From NCBI GenBank assembly GCA_902538885.1, contig CACBGU010000005.1:177-64176 (forward strand): DNA of 64,000 nt, in the 5' to 3' direction. The notes below the pieces were generated by a model that was not told the origin of the DNA, searched no databases, and worked only from the letters and a program-made list of their open reading frames with translations. The position numbers and the translations under genes are program-made. Within the stretch, counting starts at the first letter, position 1; each line of letters begins with the position of its first letter. Shown piece by piece: positions 1-10,062 of the stretch. This DNA is from an uncultured Pelagibacteraceae bacterium (GTDB lineage Bacteria; Pseudomonadota; Alphaproteobacteria; Pelagibacterales; Pelagibacteraceae).

Positions 1-573
1 AATCCAAGAAATGGAAAAATAAAAATTACTGGGGAGGATGTATCAAAATATCCTATTTATTTAAGGACTAAAAAATTCAAAGTTGGGTATGTTCCACAAT
101 ATGGAGGATTTTTTAGTGATTTGACACTATTAGATAATTTAAAAGCAATAAGTGAAATTGTAATCGAAAGTAAAAATTCAAGAAATGAAAGAATAAATTA
201 TTTATTATCTAAATTTGAGTTAGAAAATTTAAAAGATATCAAAGCAAAATTTTTATCTGGAGGGCAAAAAAAAAAATTAGTAATTGCACTTTCTCTTTTA
301 AGTGAACCAAAGTTATTGCTGCTAGATGAATGTTTTGCAGCTCTTGATGTTTTGACAATTAAAATGCTGCAAGAAATTATAGTAAACTTACAACAAGAAA
401 ATCAGATTACTATTTGTATATGTGACCATCAAGCAAGAGATTTACTTGCTTGTGTTGATGTTGCGATGATTTTGAGTAATGGGAAAGTAATTGCTCAAGA
501 TACACCTTCTAACTTAGTAAAAAATATTAATGCTAAAAATGCATATTTTGGTGAAAGTTTTAAGTTCAATTAA
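1..573 (+). CDS. ABC transporter ATP-binding protein, LptB-like (5'-truncated by window)
   Basis: Frame 1 is open from base 1 (NPRNGKIKITGEDVSKYPIYLR..VGYVPQ). Has LSGGQ signature, Walker B LLLLDE, H-loop DH and a C-terminal AYFGESF as in LptB; several motifs are divergent. Confidence 0.75.
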   Translation, partial: NPRNGKIKITGEDVSKYPIYLRTKKFKVGYVPQYGGFFSDLTLLDNLKAISEIVIESKNSRNERINYLLSKFELENLKDIKAKFLSGGQKKKLVIALSLLSEPKLLLLDECFAALDVLTIKMLQEIIVNLQQENQITICICDHQARDLLACVDVAMILSNGKVIAQDTPSNLVKNINAKNAYFGESFKFN

Positions 574-576
574 AAT

Positions 577-1920
577 ATGCCAAACTCAGTTACAATAAAA
601 AAACAAATAAGACCGTTTAAAAAAAAAATTATTGTCAGTGGTGATAAAAGTTTAAGTATAAGATGGGTCTTATTTTCATCCATTGCAAAAGGTGTTTCTG
701 TTGCCGAAAATCTTTTAATTTCAGAGGATGTTATGGCTGCGATTGAGAGTATTAAAAAATTAGGCATAAAAGTTAAATTTGAAAAAAAAAAATGCAAAAT
801 TTTTGGAAATGGAATTGATGGCTACAAATATAAAAAAAATATCACATTAAACGCAAAAAATTCAGGGACTTTTGGAAGGCTGGTCTTGGGTTTATTAATT
901 AATAGCCATCACAGTATAAAATTAATTGGAGATAAAAGTCTTTCAAAAAGAGATTTTAAAAGGATATCTGATCCTCTAAGTGAATTTGGAGCAAATTTTA
1001 AACTTAAAAATAATAAAAACTTACCACTTATCATTAAAGGTTCCTCTAATTTAAAGTCTATAAAATATAATGAAAATAAAGGTTCTGCTCAATGTAAGAG
1101 TTCTGTAATTTTAGGAGCTCTTCGTTCAAGTGGAACAACAATCATAAAAGCAAAAAAATCAAGAAATCACACCGAGCTAATTTGTAAGTATCTTAGGTTG
1201 CCAATAAAAATAAATAATAAAAAAAACTATGATGAAATCAAAGTTAGTAAAGCCGTTAGAATAAAACCCTTAAATTATAAAATTCCCTCAGATATAAGCT
1301 CAAGCGCTTTTTTCATGGTTTTAACTGCTTTATCAAAAAACTCACAACTAATTATAAAAAACGTAAATATAAATCCATCAAGAATTGGAATTATACGCAT
1401 TTTCAATAAAATGGGAGTAAAAATTAATTTGATTAATACAAAAAATTATAAAGGTGAAAAAAATGCTGATATTGAAATTTTATCACCTAAATATTTAAAA
1501 CCTATTAATTGTCCAGCTAACTTAACAAGTGAGGCAATTGATGAATTTTTGGTTATCTTTTTATTGGCAGCAAGAGCCAAAGGTGTGTCTTATTTTAAAA
1601 ACTTGAGTGAACTTAATAACAAAGAAAGTCCAAGACTAAAATGGGGGTCAAAAATTCTAAATAAGATGGGTATAAAAAATATAGTGACCAAAGACACAAT
1701 TACGATATTTGGTAATCCAGAACTTCAAATAAAAAAAAATATAGTAATAAAAAATTATCTCAAAGATCACAGAGTTTTTATGACAAGTGTAATTGCAGCC
1801 TTGACATTTGGAGGTAATTGGAAAATTTATGACAGGGATTCTATTAAAACATCTTTTCCAAATTTTTTAAAAATAATTAAAAAACTTAATCAAAATGATA
1901 AGAAGAAAAAATATTATTAA
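577..1920 (+). CDS. aroA: 3-phosphoshikimate 1-carboxyvinyltransferase (EPSP synthase)
   Basis: GDKSLS, NSGT, SAQCKS, RNHTE, DISS, KESPR and DHR motifs; precedes cmk-rpsA. Confidence 0.95.
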   Translation: MPNSVTIKKQIRPFKKKIIVSGDKSLSIRWVLFSSIAKGVSVAENLLISEDVMAAIESIKKLGIKVKFEKKKCKIFGNGIDGYKYKKNITLNAKNSGTFGRLVLGLLINSHHSIKLIGDKSLSKRDFKRISDPLSEFGANFKLKNNKNLPLIIKGSSNLKSIKYNENKGSAQCKSSVILGALRSSGTTIIKAKKSRNHTELICKYLRLPIKINNKKNYDEIKVSKAVRIKPLNYKIPSDISSSAFFMVLTALSKNSQLIIKNVNINPSRIGIIRIFNKMGVKINLINTKNYKGEKNADIEILSPKYLKPINCPANLTSEAIDEFLVIFLLAARAKGVSYFKNLSELNNKESPRLKWGSKILNKMGIKNIVTKDTITIFGNPELQIKKNIVIKNYLKDHRVFMTSVIAALTFGGNWKIYDRDSIKTSFPNFLKIIKKLNQNDKKKKYY

Positions 1921-2563
1921 GATAGCAATTGACTCTCCTGCAGCAGCAGGAGCAGGAACACTTGCTAAATTATTATCAAAACATTATAATTTATTTCATC
2001 TTGATACAGGAAAAATTTATAGATTTATTGCATATCTTAAAATTAAATTTCCAAATAAATTTAGTCAGAATTTTCTGAAATCTAAAATTAAATCACTAAA
2101 AACAAAAGATCTTGCAAGTAAGACATTGTTATCAAATAATGTAAGCTATGAAGCATCTTTAATTTCCAAAAAAAAAAGTATTAGAAAAATTGTTCATTCT
2201 TTTCAATTAAATTTTGCATATAATCCACCAAAAAAATATAAAGGTTCATGCCTTGATGGAAGAGATATAACTTATAAAATAATTCCCGATGCAGATTTTA
2301 AATTTTATATTACCGCTAATATCAAAACTAGAGCTTTAAGACGGTTTAAAGAGCTTAGAAAGCAAAATAAAAAAATAAGCTATAATGAAGTACTAAAAAG
2401 CATTAAAAATCGTGATAAAAACGACTTAAATAGAAAAATTTCACCTTTAAAGAAAACTAAAGATTCCCTATTGATTAATACAACAAACCTTACTAAAAGG
2501 GCATGTTTTTTAAAAATAAAAAAAATAATAGATAAAAAATTAGATATTAATGGAAATTTATAA
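1895..2563 (+). CDS. cmk: cytidylate kinase (Walker A lysine replaced)
   Basis: AIDSPAAAGAGT, LDTGKIYR, DGRDI and RDKND motifs; aroA-cmk-rpsA synteny. Confidence 0.9.
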   Translation: MIRRKNIIKIAIDSPAAAGAGTLAKLLSKHYNLFHLDTGKIYRFIAYLKIKFPNKFSQNFLKSKIKSLKTKDLASKTLLSNNVSYEASLISKKKSIRKIVHSFQLNFAYNPPKKYKGSCLDGRDITYKIIPDADFKFYITANIKTRALRRFKELRKQNKKISYNEVLKSIKNRDKNDLNRKISPLKKTKDSLLINTTNLTKRACFLKIKKIIDKKLDINGNL

Positions 2564-4277
2564 AGACCTATCAAATCCAAAGTCACAAGAATTTGAAAAA
2601 TTACTAAACAGCCAATTATCTAAAATCCAGATCGAAGAGGGAAAAATAATTGATGGTAAAATAAACAAAATCACTGAAAAATTTGTTTTTCTTTTTGTTG
2701 AAGGTCTAAAATCTGAGCCAGTTCTAGATATTAACGAATTAAGAGGAATGGGACTTACAAACAAAATTAAAATTGGCGAGACAATACCGGTGCTATTAGA
2801 GAAAATTGAGGATAAAAATGGTGAAGTTTTAGTATCCGCAAGTAAAGCACAAAAAATTAAAGGATGGGATAAATTAGTTGAAGCCTACGAAAAAAATGAA
2901 CCTATCATGGGTAAAATTACCTCAAAATGTAAAGGTGGGTGTATTGTTGAACATATAGATACTGGTTCTCTAATGTTTTTACCTGGATCACAGATTAGCG
3001 ATAAACCTATGAAAGATATTAGTCATCTTATGAATGAGCCACAAAAGTTTGCACTAATAAAATTAGATAAAGTTAGAGGAAATGCATGTGTATCTAGACG
3101 AGAGATAATTTCCTCATTCAAAAAAGAAGATAAAGCAAAAATAATTGAAAAATATAAAGTTGGGGATATAATCAAAAATGCAGAGGTAAAAGGTTACAGT
3201 AGTTTTGGCTGCTTCTTTAATGTAAATGGTGAGTTAGACGTTCTTGTACATTTACAAGAAATCTCATATTCTAGAGTAAATCATCCAGATGAAGTTTTTA
3301 ATATTGGAGAAAAACATAATTTAAAAGTCATAAGTGTTGATAAGGAAAAGCTTCAAGTGGGGTGTTCAGTAAAACAACTATCTCCTGATCCTTTTGAGCA
3401 TATAGAAAATTACGAATTAAATAAAACTTATAAAGTCAAAGTAGTAAAATTAATGGATTTTGGAGCATTCTGTGAATTAGAACCAGGCTTAATTACTTTG
3501 CTTCATTCAAGTGAGATTAGCTGGACAAAAAAAAATGTTCCAATTAAAAAAATCTTTAAAGTCGGAGATGAAATAGAATGTGTAATTACTGAGATCGATA
3601 AAGATAAAAGAAGAGTAGCTCTCTCCCATAGATTAACGCAAGAAAATCCATTTGAAGTTTTTGAGAAAAGATATCCTGTAAATTCAATTGTTGAAGGTGA
3701 AATAGTAAACAAAAATGAATATTCTTTATTTGTTAAAATAGAGAATTTAGATGTAGATGCTTTTTTACACTGTAACGATTTAACTTACTTAAATAATGGA
3801 GAGGAAGAATTATCAAAATATAAAAAAGGTGAAAAAATTAAAGTAAAAGTTCTTGAAATTAAACCTACAGAACAAAAAATAAGAGTTGGTTTAAGACAGA
3901 CACAAGCAGATCCATTTGATTGGTTTAAAGATAAGTCAAAAAATCAAACTATTACTGTAAAAGTTATGACAACTGATAATAAGGGTCTTATTGTGAGACC
4001 AGAGGGTTGCGATATGGATCTTCAAATAAAAAAGTCAGCTATTGCAATTAATGCTGCTGACGCAAGACCAAGTAGATGGACAGGGGGGGAAAAATTAGAC
4101 TGTGCAATTGCTGAACTTGATTTGGTTAAGAGAAAAGTAGTGCTTAGCATTAAGCTTCTTGAAGAGATAGAAAAGAAAGAAGCATTAGAAAAATATGGAG
4201 CTGAAGGATCTGGTAAAAACCTTCCATTTTCATCATTATCTGAAGATCTAAAAAAAAAAGAAGAAGAAACAGAATAA
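2550..4277 (+). CDS. rpsA: 30S ribosomal protein S1
   Basis: 575 aa with repeated S1 domains (FLPGSQ, LVHLQEIS, LLHSSEISW); between cmk and ihfB. Confidence 0.95.
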   Translation: MEIYKDLSNPKSQEFEKLLNSQLSKIQIEEGKIIDGKINKITEKFVFLFVEGLKSEPVLDINELRGMGLTNKIKIGETIPVLLEKIEDKNGEVLVSASKAQKIKGWDKLVEAYEKNEPIMGKITSKCKGGCIVEHIDTGSLMFLPGSQISDKPMKDISHLMNEPQKFALIKLDKVRGNACVSRREIISSFKKEDKAKIIEKYKVGDIIKNAEVKGYSSFGCFFNVNGELDVLVHLQEISYSRVNHPDEVFNIGEKHNLKVISVDKEKLQVGCSVKQLSPDPFEHIENYELNKTYKVKVVKLMDFGAFCELEPGLITLLHSSEISWTKKNVPIKKIFKVGDEIECVITEIDKDKRRVALSHRLTQENPFEVFEKRYPVNSIVEGEIVNKNEYSLFVKIENLDVDAFLHCNDLTYLNNGEEELSKYKKGEKIKVKVLEIKPTEQKIRVGLRQTQADPFDWFKDKSKNQTITVKVMTTDNKGLIVRPEGCDMDLQIKKSAIAINAADARPSRWTGGEKLDCAIAELDLVKRKVVLSIKLLEEIEKKEALEKYGAEGSGKNLPFSSLSEDLKKKEEETE

Positions 4278-4293
4278 TTTAAGAAGATTTAAT

Positions 4294-4584
4294 TTGGCTA
4301 TTGTAAAATCAAAGCTTTTAAAACAACTCACAAAAAACTATCCCAATTTCCTTAAAAAAGACTTAGAAAAATTTACTAATATTGTTTTGGGTGAAATTAA
4401 AAGAGCTCTTAAAAGAGGAGATAGAGTGGAGTTAAGAGGCTTTGGAGTTTTTTCAACAAATATTCAAAAAGCCAGAATATCTAGAAATCCAAAAACAGGT
4501 GAGAAAGTTAATACACCTGAAAAAAAAATAATTCACTTTAAAATGTCAAAAGATTTGTTTAAAAAAATAAATGACAATGAATAA
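4294..4584 (+). CDS. ihfB: integration host factor subunit beta
   Basis: RVELRGFGVF and RNPKTGE motifs; follows rpsA; TTG start. Confidence 0.9.
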   Translation: MAIVKSKLLKQLTKNYPNFLKKDLEKFTNIVLGEIKRALKRGDRVELRGFGVFSTNIQKARISRNPKTGEKVNTPEKKIIHFKMSKDLFKKINDNE

Positions 4585-5269
4585 TAAAATTATTTTTGTT
4601 GCTTGTGATACTTCAAATTTAAATCAAATAAAAAAAATAATTAATCAAACTAATTCAAATAAACTAAAAATAATTCCTAAATTTGGCCTACAATTCTTTT
4701 ATTCGAAAAATGGAAGAAAATTTTTAGAAAAATTTAAAAAAGATTTTTGGTTAGATTTAAAGATAAATGATATCCCTCAAACAGCATTATCCGCGATTGA
4801 TAGCTTAAAAGATTTAAAAAAATGTAAATATATAACAGTACATGTAAACGGCGGTTTGGAAATGCTAAAATCAATAAAAAAAAAAGCAAAAAAAATTAAT
4901 AAAAATTTAAAAGTTTTAGGTGTTACAATTTTAACAAGTCTAAATAATAAATCTCTTAAGGAGATAGGTCATACAAAAAATGTAAAGCAGTTGGTTTTAA
5001 AACAAGCAACATTAATTAAAAAATCAGGATGTGACGGTATAGTTTGTTCTGCTCAAGAAGCTATAATGGTTCGTAAAAGATACAAAAATTTATTAATTAT
5101 AACCCCAGGAATAAGATTGCATGGTGATAGTTCAAATGATCAAAAGAGAATTATGACACCTAAACAAGCTTTTAAAAATAAGGTCTCTGGTATTGTTATG
5201 GGAAGATCTCTTACAAAAGGTAATATAAAAAAAAATACTAAAAAACTTGCTGATCATTTAAACAGATGA
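4571..5269 (+). CDS. pyrF: orotidine-5'-phosphate decarboxylase (start may be 4577)
   Basis: DLKINDIPQT, VTILTS, DGIVCS, TPGIR, DQKR and VMGR motifs. Confidence 0.95.
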   Translation: MTMNNKIIFVACDTSNLNQIKKIINQTNSNKLKIIPKFGLQFFYSKNGRKFLEKFKKDFWLDLKINDIPQTALSAIDSLKDLKKCKYITVHVNGGLEMLKSIKKKAKKINKNLKVLGVTILTSLNNKSLKEIGHTKNVKQLVLKQATLIKKSGCDGIVCSAQEAIMVRKRYKNLLIITPGIRLHGDSSNDQKRIMTPKQAFKNKVSGIVMGRSLTKGNIKKNTKKLADHLNR

Positions 5270-5895
5270 TCAAAGGTTGTAAGATTTGTGGTATAAAAGA
5301 TTCAGACACTTTAAATTTCATAATAAATCATCCCTATCCTCCAAAATTTATTGGCTTCATTTGTAATTATCCAAAAAGCTCAAGGTATGTTGAACTTAAC
5401 TCTTTAAAAAAATTATTAAATGTTAAAAAAAACAAAAGTGAATTTGTTGCTGTTTTAGTAAAACCTAATGATGAGATTTTAGAAGAAATAAAAAATTTAC
5501 CTTTTGATTATTATCAATTGTATGACTGTACTCCTCATACAATTAAAAATATAAAACAAAAATATCAAAAAAAGATTATTACGGCTTTAACAATTAAAGA
5601 CGAGTCTGATGTTATTAGATATAAGTCATTTGTTGATGTAACAGATATATATTTATTTGATAGCAAAGGTTATGAAAAAAGTCATAGCTTTGATCACAAC
5701 TTGATTAAAAATATCAAATTAGACAAGGAATTAATGCTAGCTGGTAATATAAAATTCGATGATAATCTAAAAAATTATAAAAAAAATGCTAATTACTTAG
5801 ATTTATCTGGAGGCTTGGAAACTTCTGGATTAAAAGATACATCCAAAATAGATATTTTTTTAAACAATTTAAATGAATTAAAAAATGAAACTTAG
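5266..5895 (+). CDS. trpF: phosphoribosylanthranilate isomerase
   Basis: KICGI N-terminus, SSRYV, LFDS and DLSGGLE; upstream of trpB. Confidence 0.9.
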   Translation: MIKGCKICGIKDSDTLNFIINHPYPPKFIGFICNYPKSSRYVELNSLKKLLNVKKNKSEFVAVLVKPNDEILEEIKNLPFDYYQLYDCTPHTIKNIKQKYQKKIITALTIKDESDVIRYKSFVDVTDIYLFDSKGYEKSHSFDHNLIKNIKLDKELMLAGNIKFDDNLKNYKKNANYLDLSGGLETSGLKDTSKIDIFLNNLNELKNET

Positions 5896-7114
5896 AAAAA
5901 AAATTCCTCTAATTGACCAGCATGATCGTTACGGTTTTTGGGGTGGTAAATTTGGAGGAAGTTTTATTCCTGAAACTTTAAAAAAACCTGTAGAGGATCT
6001 TACATGGGAGTTTTCAAAATTAAGAAATAATAAGAAATTTTTAAAAAAGAGAGATTATTACTTTAAGAATTATATTGGATCACCGACATCATTTGTAAAA
6101 TTAGAAAATTTATCTAACCATTTAGGTGGCGCTCAAATATGGGCCAAAGTTGTATCGGAGGCTAATGGTGGCGCTCACAAAATATACAATGCAACTGTTC
6201 ATGCCTTAATTTGTAAGGCTATGGGCAAAAAATATATAGTAGGTGACACTGGTGCTGGTTATGCTGGTAAAATGTTAAGTATGGCTGCAAAGAAATTTGG
6301 TCTCAAATGTAAAATTTTCATGGGTGCAAAAGATATCAAGAGACAGAAACCAAATTGCGATGCAATGAGAAAAAATGGTGCTGAAATAATTCCCGTATAT
6401 TCAGGCAGTCAAACCTTAGTTGATGCAGTCAGTGAGTGTATGAGATATTGGGTATCAAATTGTGATACTACGCACATGTGTGTTGGAAGTACAGTTGGTC
6501 CAAATATATTTGTGAAAATTTGTGGATGGAGTACAGCTCAAATTTCAAGAGAATTAAAAATACAAATTAAACAAGAATTCAAAAAAATTCCAAAAAAAAT
6601 TAAATTAATTAACTGTGTAGGTGGTGGGAGCTCAGCATATGGTTTTTGGAGTGAATTTATAGATTTTAATAAATCACAAATAGAATTAATTGGTGTAGAA
6701 GCTGGAGGTCCAAAAAAATCTAAACTCCATGCTGCTCCTTTAAGTAGAAATGCTAAAATTGGAATTTTACATGGTGCAGCTTCTTACGTTTGTCAGAACA
6801 ATGAAGGTCAAATAAATGACACGGAATCAATAAGTGCTGGACTAGATTATCCAGGGGTAAGTCCAATACATTGTTTTTTAAAAGATACAAAGCGAGCAAG
6901 ATACACTTATGCAACTGATGAAGAAGCACTAAAAGCACATGTGATGGTAACAAAATTTGAAAAACTTAATCCAAGTTTAGAGCCCAGTCATGCATTTGCA
7001 GAAGCAATAAAAATTGCTCCAAAATTAAGTAAAGATACTATAATAATAGTTAACTCTTGTGGTGATGCTAAAAAAGATAGAGATATCTTAAGAGAAAGAC
7101 TGGGTAAAAATTAA
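5885..7114 (+). CDS. trpB: tryptophan synthase beta subunit (divergent)
   Basis: FGGSFIPETL, GAHKIYN (PLP lysine), VGGGSS and SISAGLDYPGV; trpF-trpB-trpA operon. Confidence 0.93.
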   Translation: MKLRKKIPLIDQHDRYGFWGGKFGGSFIPETLKKPVEDLTWEFSKLRNNKKFLKKRDYYFKNYIGSPTSFVKLENLSNHLGGAQIWAKVVSEANGGAHKIYNATVHALICKAMGKKYIVGDTGAGYAGKMLSMAAKKFGLKCKIFMGAKDIKRQKPNCDAMRKNGAEIIPVYSGSQTLVDAVSECMRYWVSNCDTTHMCVGSTVGPNIFVKICGWSTAQISRELKIQIKQEFKKIPKKIKLINCVGGGSSAYGFWSEFIDFNKSQIELIGVEAGGPKKSKLHAAPLSRNAKIGILHGAASYVCQNNEGQINDTESISAGLDYPGVSPIHCFLKDTKRARYTYATDEEALKAHVMVTKFEKLNPSLEPSHAFAEAIKIAPKLSKDTIIIVNSCGDAKKDRDILRERLGKN

Positions 7115-7914
7115 TGAATTCATTAATCAGTAAAACTTTCTCAGCTGTGAAAAAAGAGAATAGACCAGCTTTACTGACATATACAGTAGCTGGAGACAAT
7201 ACTAAAAAAAAATCTTTAGAAATATTAAAATCAATTTCAAATTACGTAGATATTTGTGAATTAGGTTTTCCTCACAACACACCAATAGCTGATGGAGGAC
7301 AAATACAAACAAGTGCTTACAGGGCGATTAAAAATGGTATTAAAATTAATGATGTATTTTCAATTGCAAAAAATTTTAAAAAGATCAAAAAAAATAAACC
7401 AATTATATTGATGGGTTACTACAATATGATCTATCAATATAGTGAAAATAAATTTTTAGAAAAATGCAAAAAATCAAAAGTTGATGGTTTAATTGTTGTT
7501 GATTTACCTTATCCTGAAAATAAAAATTTTGCATCAAAATGCAAAAAAAAAGGAATTAATTTTATTCAATTGGTTTCACCAACTACTTCTCAGATAAGAC
7601 TAAAAAAAATAATAAAAGATTCACACGACATGATTTATTATATAAGCATGTTATCCACCACAGGTGGAAAGCTTAAAGTGTCCCCAAGGAAAATATTAGA
7701 AAAATACAACAAAATAAAAAAACAAAATAAATCAAAAAATGTTGTTATTGGTTTTGGAATTACAGAAAAAACTATCCAATCTCTTAAAAAAGCTGATGGT
7801 TTGGTGGTTGGTAGCGCAATTTGTAAAGAAATCTCTAAATCCATTGAAAAGAGACAAAATGCTGTCACAAATGTTACTAATATCGTAAAGAGATTAAAAA
7901 ATAAAATTCTATGA
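7114..7914 (+). CDS. trpA: tryptophan synthase alpha subunit
   Basis: ELGFP..PIADG, LMGYYN, VDLP, SPTT, GFGI and DGLVVGSA motifs. Confidence 0.95.
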   Translation: MNSLISKTFSAVKKENRPALLTYTVAGDNTKKKSLEILKSISNYVDICELGFPHNTPIADGGQIQTSAYRAIKNGIKINDVFSIAKNFKKIKKNKPIILMGYYNMIYQYSENKFLEKCKKSKVDGLIVVDLPYPENKNFASKCKKKGINFIQLVSPTTSQIRLKKIIKDSHDMIYYISMLSTTGGKLKVSPRKILEKYNKIKKQNKSKNVVIGFGITEKTIQSLKKADGLVVGSAICKEISKSIEKRQNAVTNVTNIVKRLKNKIL

Positions 7915-8840
7915 ACTGGATAACAAAGATTATTAAAGCAGGTGAAAAAATTAAAACTGCTATACGTGAAAGGGCTACAAAAGAAGATATTGCAAAAAGT
8001 GATTGGACCTCATGCTGTAGAGGCCCTATTCTTAAAACTGATTTAGAAAAAAATCTTTGGGTTTGTCCTGATTGTAATAAACATCATAGAATAAAGCCAA
8101 AACAAAGATTTGATATATTATTTGGAAAAAACAATTACGAGATTTTCAAAACTCCAATACCTAAAGACGATCCACTAAATTGGACAGACTCCAAACCTTA
8201 CAAAGAAAGATTGAAAAGTGCCCGAAAAAAAACAGGATTAGAATGTGGAATGATGGTTGCCTCTGGAACTATAAATAATATTAAAATTACAGCTGTAGCT
8301 TCTGATTTTGATTTTTTAGGAGCTTCAATGGCAGCAGCAGAAGGTGAGGCTTTTTTATATGGAATACAACATGCCATAGAAAATCAAACACCTTTTTTAT
8401 GTATTAGTGCAGGAGGGGGAATGAGAATGATGGAAAGTTTAATTTCATTATCTCAAATGACAAGAACAACTCTTGCAATAAATGAATTAAAGAAAAATGG
8501 ACTTCCATATTTAGTTTGTATCACTGATCCAACAGCAGGAGGTATTACTGCATCATACGCTATGTTAGGTGATATTCACATTGCAGAACCAGGAGCTTTA
8601 ATTGCATTTGCGGGTGCAAGAGTAATTCAAGGAACTGTTAAAGAAGAATTACCTGAAGGTTTCCAAAAAAGTGAATATGTTGAAAAAACTGGTTTTGTTG
8701 ATTTAATCGTTGAACGTAAAGATCTCGCCTCTAAAATTGGAACTTTATTATCAATATTGTTAAAGAAAAACTCTGATATAAGTGCTGAACAAAATGAAAC
8801 TTCAGAAGATAGTCAGTCGCTTACAAGAGCTGCATCCTAA
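7911..8840 (+). CDS. accD: acetyl-CoA carboxylase carboxyltransferase beta subunit
   Basis: VCPDC, DFLGASM, GGMRMME, DPTAGGITAS, AEPGALIAFAGARVI and LPEGFQKSE motifs. Confidence 0.95.
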   Translation: MNWITKIIKAGEKIKTAIRERATKEDIAKSDWTSCCRGPILKTDLEKNLWVCPDCNKHHRIKPKQRFDILFGKNNYEIFKTPIPKDDPLNWTDSKPYKERLKSARKKTGLECGMMVASGTINNIKITAVASDFDFLGASMAAAEGEAFLYGIQHAIENQTPFLCISAGGGMRMMESLISLSQMTRTTLAINELKKNGLPYLVCITDPTAGGITASYAMLGDIHIAEPGALIAFAGARVIQGTVKEELPEGFQKSEYVEKTGFVDLIVERKDLASKIGTLLSILLKKNSDISAEQNETSEDSQSLTRAAS

Positions 8841-10062
8841 AGAAATAGATTTAAGTCTAGATCGTATACAAAGTCTCTGCAAAAAATTAGGCAACCCTCA
8901 ACATAAAATCAAAGCAATTTCAATTGTTGGTACTAATGGAAAGTACTCAACTATCCAAGCAATGTTTTCTATTTTAAAGGAAGCAAATTTCAATTGTAAT
9001 ATCTACACTAGTCCTCATATCAAAAGTATAAATGAAAGGTTTGTTTTTAATAATGAAGAATTGAATGATGAAGATTTGGGAAATTTACTTGAAGAAGTTG
9101 AGGAAGCTAACAATGGTGAACCAATTACTCTTTTTGAAATACTGACTGCGGCTTATTTTTTAAAAGCATCTCAATACCCAGATAATATAAATTTAATTGA
9201 AAGTGGATTATTCTTTAGATTTGACGCTACTAATATCTTAAAAAATAACCTTGCTAGCGTCGTAACATCTATTGGCCTTGATCATTTAGATTGGCTACCT
9301 GAAAATGAACAAACTGTTGAAAAAATTATTTTTGAGAAAACATCAAGCCTTTTAAACTCAAATATTATAGTGGCAAAACAAAGTACTAATAAAATCACAG
9401 ATCACATTAAAAAAACAATATCAAATAATGAATCAAATAAAGTTTTTCATAACGAAAATTATAGTTTTATGATAAAAGAAAATGACTTCTTTTATTATGA
9501 GGATCAATTTGGGGGAATAAAATTACCTATGCCAAATGTTAAGGGTCATTTTCAATTAGAAAATGTTTCAACAGCTATTGCAACCCTAAAAACTTTAAAA
9601 GATTTAAATATTAAAGATGATCACATTAAAAAAGGTGTTTTAAAAATAAGTAGTATCGCAAGATTACAAGAAATTAAATCTGGCAAACTTAAGCAACTTG
9701 TAAAAGATCATCAACTGTTTGTTGATGGTTCTCATAATCCTTTGGGTGCAAAAGTACTAAATGAATACTTGGAAAGTTTAGATTGTGAAAAACATATCAT
9801 TATAGGCATGATGGCAAATAAAGATCATAGAGAATATATGAGTTTCTTTAAGGATATAGCTTCATTAACAACAATAGATATACCCAATCAACCTAATTCA
9901 ATTAAAGGAAAAGAGCTTAAAGATAAGCTAAATGGCTTTTCAAATATTAATTATAAGGAAAGTATAGAGGACGCAATAAAGTCAATTCCAGTCAAGGAAA
10001 ACGATATAATACTGATTACTGGTTCGTTATATCTTGCGGGTGAAGTTTTAAATTTAAATTAG
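8794..10062 (+). CDS. folC: folylpolyglutamate synthase / dihydrofolate synthase
   Basis: GTNGK, YTSPH, DATN, IGLDH, DGSHNP and TGSLYLAG motifs. ATG at 8794 preferred over GTG at 8782. Confidence 0.93.
   Translation: MKLQKIVSRLQELHPKEIDLSLDRIQSLCKKLGNPQHKIKAISIVGTNGKYSTIQAMFSILKEANFNCNIYTSPHIKSINERFVFNNEELNDEDLGNLLEEVEEANNGEPITLFEILTAAYFLKASQYPDNINLIESGLFFRFDATNILKNNLASVVTSIGLDHLDWLPENEQTVEKIIFEKTSSLLNSNIIVAKQSTNKITDHIKKTISNNESNKVFHNENYSFMIKENDFFYYEDQFGGIKLPMPNVKGHFQLENVSTAIATLKTLKDLNIKDDHIKKGVLKISSIARLQEIKSGKLKQLVKDHQLFVDGSHNPLGAKVLNEYLESLDCEKHIIIGMMANKDHREYMSFFKDIASLTTIDIPNQPNSIKGKELKDKLNGFSNINYKESIEDAIKSIPVKENDIILITGSLYLAGEVLNLN

Noticed and set aside
577-10062. Milder motif drift in AroA, TrpF, PyrF and FolC suggesting pseudogenes
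   Set aside because: The frames are full length, operon coupling is intact and the key catalytic residues are mostly kept; this fits general lineage divergence.
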